In this document: positions 50,320-64,000 of the stretch, one piece after another | How positions within the stretch are numbered: the first letter of the stretch is position 1 | How the letters are laid out: each line of letters starts with the position of its first letter | Assembly: GCA_965213685.1 (NCBI GenBank) | Contig: CBDBZY010000064.1 | Location: 416,001-480,000, forward strand | DNA: 64,000 nucleotides | DNA from: a bacterium | GTDB taxonomy: Bacteria > UBA8248 | Reading direction: 5' to 3' | Notes under the pieces: generated by a model | Database searches by the model: none | What the model saw: only the letters and a program-made list of their open reading frames with translations | Told to the model about the DNA's origin: nothing | Position numbers and translations under genes: made by a program

Positions 50320-50940
50320 TGCTTCAAGGTGATCAAGCTATCTTTCTACTGTTTCTGAGGGCAAATGGCACAGAGAGGGCCTTGTGGAACTTTGGCTAAG
50401 CTTTTGGCTTCACTACCAGGTCCTGGCTAACTCCAAAGGTTCTCATGTTTCCCAAACCCTCTCTGAAACTTCTTTGTACTTGTGGAGTAAGACTTGCATC
50501 TTTTGTTGGCTGCTTGCCACAGAGGTCATCCTAATATGCTGGCCCAATCCAGCTTTAACACCCCCAAACAGTCTCTTCCCAGCAAGCTTGCACCTTCCCC
50601 CTCAACCACATGAAGGCATAGTATAGCCCCTTGTCCCCCATCCTCACCTCAACCTCCATCTTCTCAGCCACTACCATCTGTCTTCATGTGTAGGTAGACA
50701 CACTCTTGCAATGGACCTCTCTCTCTGGGTTGCTGAGGTCCCAAAGTCTCCAAACCATGTCAGTGTCGCCACCTTTCAGCTTCCTGGTGTTCTTTTCTGC
50801 TGCTTGTGCACCTTGCGCAAGCCCAATGGCCTTTGCAAACATCAGCTTTGCTTCAGACAAGAGTTGTTTCTGGGTCTCGCTGTTATGGAGTCTGCATACG
50901 AAGCGGTCATTGGAATGCTGTGATAGTGCTCCCAGGCTCC
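50320..50940 (-). mobile_element. Ty3/Gypsy gag-pol relic
   Basis: DRFVCRLHNSETQKQLLSE (gag), GASLLGRD..LKLDW (protease end) and PKFHKALSVPFALR (RT start); frameshifted and deleted. Confidence 0.65.
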
Positions 50941-51269
50941 ATCAACTGGAGTTACTGACTGGCTAGAGTTTCAATTAGGTGCTGCCCCAGGCACACAGGA
51001 TGAGAGAGCTGCATGTGTTTTCTACTGCAGAGATCTACATGCACGCACTATGAGTGATTTTGCAGGTGTAGAGTGTAGAGGGACAGTCCCCACCACATGC
51101 ATAGCTAATGTGAGGCACATATCAGATCTCTCCTGGAGCACTCTGTTTATTTATTATTTGTGTACACAGCAAATGAACACATACTCTTCCAGGTAGGAGT
51201 ACACACCCAAGTGCTAATCTTCAAGTCAATACAGTGTGTACAATCACTACATAAGGAGTACATCTCTGC

Positions 51270-52059
51270 TCAGAGCTGCTCCAGGAGTGAGTCAGAGAGG
51301 CTGCAGGTGAGGCCAACACCATCTGGCTCTATGTACAGGGATTTCACCACTGAGTTCTCAACAACCATGGCATACCTGAGGACAGGGGGGGCAGAGGGAG
51401 GGTAAACAGGTGTACATGGCTAATGCACTACACTGCAGTACACAGTACACATGTACTGGAGTACCGTTTGGAACGGAAATTGCCCAGAAACTTCACGGCA
51501 TCTAACTCTAGATCCACAGCCTGCATGAGATCGTGACATGCTCCTGTCAACACACAGACGAGCACATGCCCCTGCGAGTCACACGCATCCCCTCACCTTG
51601 GTGAAGGTGCCATTTGTGTCAGCCAGCATTCTGATCTTGCCCTCTGCACCACTGGCCTCTCCCCACGCTGCCATCACGAAGGAATCATTCACAGAGATGC
51701 AGGCAATCACCTCCACCCCCTTGGCCTTCAGCTTCTCGTAGTCTTCCACGTAACCAGGAAGGTGAGTCTGTAGCATAAATACATGTACATATGTCTGTAG
51801 CAAGGCCTAAGAGAATGACCGTTTGGCCCTCCTCTCTACATCAAGCCCCACCTTGGAACAGCCTGGAGTGAAGGCTCCAGGCACGCCAAACAGTACACCC
51901 TTCTTCCCGGCAAAGAGTTCCTTCACGTTCACCCTGTCACTGGGAGTCCCTTCGTGGACGTCCACTGACGGGAGTGGATCTCCTACCTACGAGTGCGCGT
52001 GCTCGTCAAGTACGCAGGACCCCGGGTCAGCGAACACCCCCTCTCACCTTAATGGGCAT
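51270..52059 (-). CDS. PRDX5: Peroxiredoxin-5 (atypical 2-Cys), 159 aa
   Basis: Exons 52059-52048, 51986-51852, 51767-51597, 51520-51465, 51375-51270. MPIKVGD start, GVPGAFTPGCSKTHLPGY active site, SVNDSFVMAAW, RSKRYAMVV and resolving GLTCSL. Confidence 0.93.
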
Positions 52060-52989
52060 CCTGAGAGCAGCAGCCCCTGACAGACCTCTTTTTCCCGACA
52101 CACGCAGCACGACATAATGAGATTAGGCTACAGGTACTCAGTACACATGCAGCAAATTAGGCCTAGTTATCAGTTGGTGCACGTGTTTTCAAAAAGAGTG
52201 TTCATTCAACACTTCCACAGCTACAGACTGCTGTACAAAAATTCTGGCAATGAAATTTGAGATGACATGGTCTAGTACTGGAACATCATGCTCACCGAAG
52301 CTTTATCCTCTCCACCTCTTCAGCTTGAAAGTCAGCATTGCAGTAAGGGCACAAAGAATCATGTGAACACACAGCACTCGACAGTTGCACTGCACTTACT
52401 CACTGAAGGTGGAGCCTACACATGGCATATGGGGTATGTCTCCACATCATGCTGCTTCCCCAGTAGTCAAAGAGTTCGCTGACCTGACAGGGGGAAAGGT
52501 GCAGGGCTAGAGTATTCCCCTCCTAATGCCATCCTACAATACACAACCCTACTGTCTCCAGAGTTATGTGGGAGATTTGCATGAAATGAGCAAACTTAAC
52601 CATTGCCTCATCCTCAACTGTGACTCCACCCTCAGCCATGGCCTCACCCCTACCTGTGACCTCACTCTCAACCATGTCATCACCATCCCCTGTGACCTCA
52701 CCTTCACATTTGCCAAATGACAAAAATGTGATATTTGAACCTAGAGTAACCAGTGAGGATTCTGTAAATGATTTGGTACAGAGTGATGAGGTTACCGATC
52801 CTGCTGCAGAGGACTTTGACAATCATGATCAGAATGCTGCAGGTACTTTTTTATCCCAAGTCTCAACAACACATACACTGTGTCGGGGTTCTGCAGAAGA
52901 CAAAAAGCTATCAACTCATCTACCTTATGAACAATGCTCCTTGTATTGTAGTATAGCAGCCTAACGTAATCACAATGGGCTTTTACATG

Positions 52990-55720
52990 TGGTGCAGGAG
53001 CTCTGTCTTCAGAGCTCACTGCTTGGCTAGATAGTGATGTGCAAAATGTAGAGATCTGCATTCCAAACTATGAACTGGTTCGCTTGGATAGAAACAGGCA
53101 TGGTGGTGGAGTTGCAATCTATGTTGCCAGTCATCTTCCTCTTTCAGTTGTTTCTTCAGGTTCTTATTGTCTTGAGTTTTTGGCAATTTCTGTAAAAACT
53201 CCTTATGGTCAATTTGTAGTAGCAGTTCTGTATATAGACCACCTTCTTCCTCCATTTCTTTCTTTGAAAATTTACATTTAGCATTGGAAGATTTGTATGT
53301 TACTGTATGTTCTAACTTCTTTATTTTTGGAGACTTCAATGTTGATGTATCAGTTCCAAGTTATCTGTGTAGTTGTTTGTGTAATGTAACTTGTCAGTAT
53401 GGCCTATCTATCATCCCTACAAGTCATACGCATGTAGCCACATCATCTGCTACCACTATTGATCTCATGCTTGCCTCTTCACCAGAATCTGTCATGAGCT
53501 GTGAAACTGTTCCTCCACTTGGCACATCTGACAATAATGGTATTCTTACTGATATATCACTACGCACCCCTTTAGCTGCTCCTCAAGTGAGTAGGAATTT
53601 TAAAGTCTGGAGATACAAATATGTAGACTTTGAACGTGCTCAAGAAATGCTCTCACAGATTGACTATAATAGTGTTGTTGTGGAAGGAGATGTCAATGCA
53701 TCATGGAAAAACTGGGAGAGGATGTTTTTGAATATTATGGAGATATGCATACCAACCACAACTGTGCCCACACGAAGGAACCTTCCATGGCTGTCCAAGT
53801 CTATTCTGCAACTGATAAAGAAGAGGAACATGTACTACAGAAAATCAAAGCAGTCTCCTCATTACTTTAATAAGCACAGACTTGCCCAAAGCAAGGCATT
53901 GTCTCATCTCAGATGTGAGAGAAGGCAATACCTTCAGCAACTCCAGACAGGTAGTAAATAGTCCTTTCATGCCTGACTAAAGCTTGTTCTTGTATCCCCA
54001 CTCTACAAACAGAGCATGTGATCGCAACCACACCTCAACAAAAAGTAGACCTTTTAAGCTCAACTTTTGAAAAGAATTTTAATGTCTCTGCTACACCTTT
54101 AACTCAAGAAGATGTACTTCCAGCCCCCATTGGGGTATGTCCTACTGATCTTCTATGTTCGGAAGATGATATTATCAGATTACTTCTTACCTTGGACACT
54201 ACTAAGGCTACTGGTCTAGATGGCATCTTGGCTACAATGCTTAAGAAGACAGCTGCAGCTGCTGCACTCTTCTTAAGCATTGTAGCCAAGATGCCATCTT
54301 CACCACTGTGAACACATCTATGCAACATGTCACGTATACATGGCACAGTCCCAGAACATTTGAAAACCTCCATGGTTGTTCCAATATATAAGCAAGGTGA
54401 TACATCCAAACCTGAGAACTATCGGCCCGTGTAATTGCTACCCATAATTAGTAAGATTCTTGAGTGATATATATTTGAAAAATTTTGCACCTTTTTATAT
54501 ATTTCAGACAATCAGTGGGATTTCAATCTTCAACAGGTGCAGTATTGTCTGCTGTTCATGATTGGCAGTATCATCCAGACAGGGGTGATGAAGTTCAAGC
54601 CATATTTTTTGACTTACAGAAGGCATTTGATACCATCCCTCATGCCAAGTTAATCTCAAAGCTAGCTGACCTTGACATACCACCACACTTTTTGTCATGG
54701 ATTTCAAGTTATCTGAAACAGCAAGTTGTTGTTTCTGGTGCAATGTCACCCTCCATCAACGTTGTATCAGGTGTGCCTCAGGGCTCAGTTTTGGCACTCT
54801 TCTCTTTCTAGTTTATGTTGATGGTCTAGCTGACATGCCTCTGCATGATGGGCACCTCATGGTGTTTGCTGATGATGCTCTGCTCTACAAGGCAATTCGT
54901 AGTTCAAATGACTTGCAGGATTTGCAAATGAATGTGGATGTGTTTACTAAATGGATTGATGAACATGATCTATGTCTCAATGTCAAAAAGTGTAAATCAC
55001 TGCTGCTATGAAGAAGACAGGAGCCACTCTGTACCTACACCATCAGAGTCAATGACCATCCTATAGAAAAAGTTCAGTCTTACAAGTATCTAGGAGTTAT
55101 TATATCTAGTGATCTATCCTGGGGCAATCATGTCTCTAGTGTGTCTTCCAAAGCTATGAAGCATATGGGTATGCTGTATCGTTGCTTCTACCGTGACTGT
55201 ACACCAGACACATTGAGAACACTTTATATTTCATGTGTGAGACCACTACTGGAGTATGCTGTACCTGTTTGGGACTCTCATCTAGTGAAAGACATTCACG
55301 CTTTGGAGTCTGTTCAACAATTTGCCACTAAGGTGTGTACAAAAACCTGGAGGGATGTCAGCTACTCTGAACGTCTTCCAACTCTTCAGGTTAGGTGCAT
55401 GCTTCTGAAACTCTGTTTGCTTTATAAAATCATTCATAGTAATGCCTTCATGCCTAACTGTCCTGTTAAGTTCAGACATAACCAATATTTACTCCACAAG
55501 GTCCAGTTGCTACAACATTCAAGTGCTTTTTGCTCGTACTGCAGGTTTTTATAACTCATTTTTCTGTCACTCCACTCGCCTATGGAACACTTTGCCTGTT
55601 GAAGTTCATCATTGTCATCTTTTAAGAAAGCTTGCAACTCCCTGCTTACACTGTGAGCTATATTATTTGTTATATATATTTTTCTCCTTTTTGGGTACAT
55701 GCACTGTATTAGCTTATTAG
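52990..55720 (+). mobile_element. Decayed near-full ORF2 of a CR1/L2-group LINE (APE plus RT)
   Basis: RLDRNRHGGGVAIYV, GDFN and TIDL (APE); FDLQKAFDTIPH, SGVPQGSVL, FADDALLY and YISCVRPLLEYAVPVW (RT); many stops and frameshifts. Confidence 0.85.
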
Positions 55721-55869
55721 CTATCTATTGTATCCTATGTCTTGTACATGAACTATTATAGATATAAAAACACACACACTGGCCAACTGGTATGGGAGCC
55801 TATCAGAACCTGCAGGTGTCTGTCCAACGGCACACCTTCCAACTGAGGGTGAGAAGACAAGATAGGTCT

Positions 55870-56292
55870 GGAGGTGGGGCTGAGGGTGGGGCTGGTTGTG
55901 GTACAAAGAGTGGGGCTGGGGGTGGGGCTGGAGGTGGAACTGAGGGTGGGACTGAGGGTGGGACTGAGGGTGGGGCTGGGGGTGGGACTGAAGGTGGAGC
56001 TGGAGGTGGGGTTGAAGGTGGGACTGAGGGGGGGCTGGAGGTGGGACTGAGGGTGGGGCTGGGGGTGGGACTGAAGGTGGAGCTGGAGGTGGGGTTGAAG
56101 GTGGGACTGAGGGTGGGGCTGGGGGTGGGGCTGGAGGTGGGACTGAGGGTGGGGCTCAGGGTGGGGTTGAAGGTGAGACTGAGGGTGGGGCTGGGGGTGG
56201 GCTGGGGGTGGGGCTGGAGGTGGGACTGAGGGTGGGGCTCAGGGTGGGGTTGAAGGTGGGACTGAGGGTGGGACTGGGGGTGGGGCTGGAGG
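55870..56292. repeat. 12-bp degenerate minisatellite (GGTGGGACTGAG-like)
   Basis: Read directly; translates as Pro/Ser/Thr-rich on the minus strand. Confidence 0.85.
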
Positions 56293-56801
56293 TTAGGCCT
56301 AGGAAAGCACAGTACATACATGTACATATTTACCTGATTGAAATCACATTTAAGAACAGTCACCTCAGAAGTGATCTCTGAGAAATACATGCTTGAATAC
56401 AGGAGTGAAGCAAGCACTCTGGGGGGTAGCTAGGGAGAAGTGAGGGAGGAAAGAGGGAGGGCATGAGGTCAAAAAGAAAGTCAATTAAGAGAGCAGGAGC
56501 TATACGTATACCACAGTGAGCTTGGTCTCAACAGTGGACAGCACTCAACAGTGGACAGCAGCTGCTGTACAAATGGATCAAACATAGTCCTCCTGCAGGA
56601 AAGTGAGGGTAGGGTCAAAGGTTAGTCTGGCATGCGAACCTTGTACCTCCACTTTTAAAATTAGGACAGAAAAGGAGTACAAGGTCAGCCTGCTAACTAG
56701 GGAGAGTATAGTCGTAACAAGGGCAGTGGATTTAACATTTGGACAGGGCAGAGGTACAAAGTCTACCTCCCAGCTTGGATAAAGGGATAGGGAGGGGTAG
56801 C

Positions 56802-57020
56802 GTGGTGTGGTGTGGTGTAGTGTGGTGTGGTGTGGTGTGGTGCGGTGTGGTGCGGTGTGGTGTGGTGTGGGGTGGTGTGGTAAGGTGTGGTGTGGTGTGG
56901 TGTGGTGTGGTGTGGTGTGGTGAGGTGTGGTGTAGTGTGGTGTGGTGTGGTGAGGTGTGGTGTAGTGTGGTGTGGTGTGGTGTGGTGTGGTGTGGTGTGG
57001 TGTGGTGTGGTGTGGAGTGG
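56802..57020 (+). repeat. (GTGTG)n pentanucleotide repeat
   Basis: Read directly. Confidence 0.9.
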
Positions 57021-57699
57021 TGAGGTCTTCTGTCTCCTCAGAGCTGCCTGGCTGACTTCAGTAGTGTGGTTGTCATGTTCAAGGAGTTGCAGCAGGCACT
57101 GGTGGGCTGTTCACTGCAGTATGCGCTGATGTGTGTTCCTGTGCAGATGGGTGTGAGACAATTGCAAGTTGTAGAGGAATTGGTGATCCCAGGAATACAA
57201 CCAGCAACTGAATTCTCTGTCCTATCTGGCAGGTAGACTACTTGTACCTCAGTTCAGTCCTATAATTTTATAAGTGGTGGTACAAGGTCAGACCAGTGAT
57301 TGAAGTGTTTACCCTCAGCCACATCCTTTCCGAGGTGTACGCAGCCTCTAAGGCCCTTGTTACAACTGTACTATCCTCCCTTACATGACATTGTACATGT
57401 AGTAGTTTCCTTCTAGTACTGTCAGATTAAGCCATAGAGCCCAGCTTATTGCACTTCATCTTGAAGAGTAGATAAGAAGGTAAAGTATTGTGGGAGAGGC
57501 ACTGGTTGTCACCTGCCTCCTTGCCTCCAGCTCCTTTGTTAGCTTCTTAGTGTTCTCAATGCTCCCACCAGTGTTATTCTGAGCATTACTTGAGCAACAA
57601 CACCCACACCCCTCACACCTCATACTCTCACTAGTCCCGCTCCCTCCTTCCCTCTCCCACCTCCTCTCCTCTTTATCAACTGAACATGTCTACTAACAT

Positions 57700-57916
57700 C
57701 ACTCTCACACTGCTGGCACCACTCTCACACTCATACTGCTGGTATCACTCTCACACTGCTGGCACCACTCTCACACTGCTAGCACCATTCTCACACTGCT
57801 GGCACCACTCTCACACTGCTGGCACCATTCTCACACTGCTGGCATCACTCTCACACTGCTGGCATCACTCTCGCACTGCTGGAACCACTCTCTCACTGCT
57901 GACACCATTCTCACTG
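57700..57916 (+). repeat. 20-bp minisatellite (ACTCTCACACTGCTGGCACC)n, about 10 copies
   Basis: Read directly. Confidence 0.9.
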
Positions 57917-58631
57917 CAATTTGTTGCTTGAGATCGTCCCAGCCCTAGCCTACAGCTTTTTGCGAAAATTTAGACCCGCGAAATATAAGTGCCATATGGT
58001 ATACAGCCCATCTTGTGTGACTGTGGCAAGAAGACCCACAACTGGCAGTGGTTTCCTCACTGCAAATATTTACAGACATGACTTCATTGGTGCATGGTAC
58101 TCATTGGAGCATGTTGGCTGGTATTTCAATGGCCCGTTTGAAAAGACAGTGGAACCTTTCTTAGCAGGGCACCCTATGATACCAACACCTTAAAAGTACT
58201 ATTCCTACACCAAATGCCAATTTTGACACGTGAAATGAGGAAGGAGGAGACCCATTTACTAAGGACAATCTTGTCCAATTAGTGGGTACTACTGGGTACC
58301 TTCTCAACTGTTGTGCTTTTTATTCCAAGAAGAAAATAAGAGTTTTGGGGTGTGAGCACGTAAGCAAAAGTTCTGTGGCAGTAAGAATCCTAGTTCTTGG
58401 TAACGAAGGAAGATGGCTTGACAGAAATGAAGGGGAGCTAGAGCCGGCCGGATCTCGGAGCTGCGCTAGCGGCGCGCGCCCGTGACTGGCGGCGCACGCA
58501 GCTGTACTGTATTTATTGTGGACTTTGTACTGTGCTGGCGTGGCTGAGTGAGTTACGACTGCGGGGTCGAGACTTCGTTTGCTGATTTACCGTGGTGCCT
58601 GCACACTCCATCCCCTACCACACGCCTAGAC

Positions 58632-59351
58632 ATGGAGCGCTATGTCCGCGTGCTGTACATCTTCGCCACGTGCCCCAGTGCTCCTGTGGTGGGTCTCTAC
58701 CTGCTCATGTGCTTCTCCGCACCTCACCTCATGAAGCTCTTCCGACCCTTTGACCTCCGACAACCCCTGGCGCTGCACAGCTTCATCTGCTCGGCCTTCA
58801 GCCTCTACTCCCTCGCTAGTTTTTTGATGGCCTTCAAGGAAGATAACGATGTATTTAGCACTGAAGACAAGGAGGGGACGTTGAAGCATGCAATCTTTGT
58901 GATCTGGATGTCAAAGTGGTACGAACTCCTGGACACAGTTTTCATGGTCTTACGACACAGGAGCAAACAGATTTCATTCCTCCACGTATTTCACCACGCC
59001 TCTGTTCCAATTTTAGCCGACTATGCCTACCACCATGCATGCTGGCCGGCCTTTCTGATCATTGGCTCCCTCAACTCATTTGTACATGTTGTCATGTATG
59101 GATACTACGGCCTCACTGCACTCTTCCCTCTCAAGGATTTCAGCTTCAAGAAGAGGATCACACAGCTACAGATGTTTCAATTTCTGGTTGCCACCCTGCA
59201 GGGAGTATGGGGATACTTGCACTATAAGTACTGCATCTACTCCTTCCTCTATCCTCTGGCACTGTTGGCTCTGTTTTCCAACTTCTATTACCAAGCTTAT
59301 CTCAGGCAAAAGAAAAGGAAAATTGCAGAAGTAGAGAAGAAGGTGGATTGA
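58632..59351 (+). CDS. ELO/ELOVL very-long-chain fatty acid elongase (GNS1/SUR4 family), 239 aa, uninterrupted CDS
   Basis: KWYELLDT, His box HVFHH, NSFVHVVMYGYY, TQLQMFQ and C-terminal KKVD dilysine ER signal. ATG at 58632; a probable 5'UTR intron spans 58548-58629. ELOVL subfamily not assignable by eye. Confidence 0.9.
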   Translation: MERYVRVLYIFATCPSAPVVGLYLLMCFSAPHLMKLFRPFDLRQPLALHSFICSAFSLYSLASFLMAFKEDNDVFSTEDKEGTLKHAIFVIWMSKWYELLDTVFMVLRHRSKQISFLHVFHHASVPILADYAYHHACWPAFLIIGSLNSFVHVVMYGYYGLTALFPLKDFSFKKRITQLQMFQFLVATLQGVWGYLHYKYCIYSFLYPLALLALFSNFYYQAYLRQKKRKIAEVEKKVD

Positions 59352-60213
59352 ATCACAGACATTGAGATTTATACCTGGAACGTTTTTGTACAGTACCTTG
59401 TGTACATAAAATTATCAGACAAACTTGCCAAGTGTGGGACTATAATTTCAGCTGCTATAGAATGGCCTTACATCATAGACAATTGCTCTGTGCTTCAAAT
59501 GAGGATGAATGGTTGGTGAAGAAGCCTTGCTAAGCCCTAGCCTCACCTCAGCTCGCTCTCTCTCTATATATATAGTCCTAACCCTCCCCTTCACACCTTC
59601 TATTGTCTCCACTTCCTGCCTTTAACAATCCAATAGTTGATGGAATCTGGACCAAAGGAACTCTGCTCACATAGTTTGCAGGAGAGAGAGGTGACCCCTG
59701 TACTGTACATATTGTACAAAGTGGAGCAGGGTCATGCAGCAATGCACTAGTCTCATAGCTGGCCACACTTTTTGTGGGAAGAATAGAGAGGAGCACCTCT
59801 GACAACCACCAGTGCGAACATATAGTATCTTCAGGGTACCTTTGTAACATTAGATATTGTTTCTATCACATATATACACTTGTACAATACTGTCACACTG
59901 CCATTTCCTAAAGCTACACCAGTGCCACACTACATGCAGACACAGGTAGTTCAGTCCAGCCAGACCTGCAACAGCTATAATGCCCACTGGCACTCCTAAG
60001 GGTGGAGAGTTGCCTAACATGAGTAGCAACCCTGGCCTGGTTCACTCACACTTGCGTCACAATGCTCAGCATTCTACTAGTATAATTATAAAGATAATGA
60101 TTATACATAATTTCATAGACATTGCAGGCATTGATTGGACTAAGTGGAGCTTGCTAAGGCTCGCCCCACTAATTTGACGATAAAACATGTGACCAGTATA
60201 TGATACAGTTAGG

Positions 60214-64000
<3,787 letters not shown>

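Noticed and set aside
57700-57916. 20-bp repeats as CRISPR or a coding repeat
   Set aside because: Contiguous minisatellite with no spacers and no credible ORF context.

Overview
Intron-rich eukaryotic DNA, most likely from a demosponge. This is an inference from the short GT-AG introns, the Ig/FN3 domain types and the Cys-containing juxtamembrane domain; no database search was run. Main contents: (1) 1.5-23.9 kb: four tandem, 5-exon type II membrane sulfotransferase genes of the WSCD/sialate O-sulfotransferase-like class. Copy 1 carries a frameshift, copy 3 has a different upstream region and stem, and relics of a co-duplicated minus-strand gene lie between the copies. (2) 29.1-47.3 kb: a 30-exon, ~3,000-aa non-catalytic receptor with signal peptide, 18 Ig, 8 FN3, a TM helix and a tail with five Tyr motifs. 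Its first 27 introns are all phase 1 and one Ig exon is frameshifted. (3) PRDX5 (-), an ELOVL elongase (+) and the 3' part of an SV2-like MFS transporter (-). Mobile DNA is dense and nested: a ~1.18-kb TA-flanked family with no TIRs and a giant terminal palindrome (Helentron/HINE-like), Penelope relics with minimal hammerhead ribozymes, Tc1, hAT-like, Kolobok-like, Ginger1-like and CACTA-like elements, CRE- and CR1/L2-type LINE relics, a Gypsy relic, a tRNA-derived SINE-like element and several fold-back hairpins. Exon boundaries were read by eye from splice sites and reading-frame continuity.
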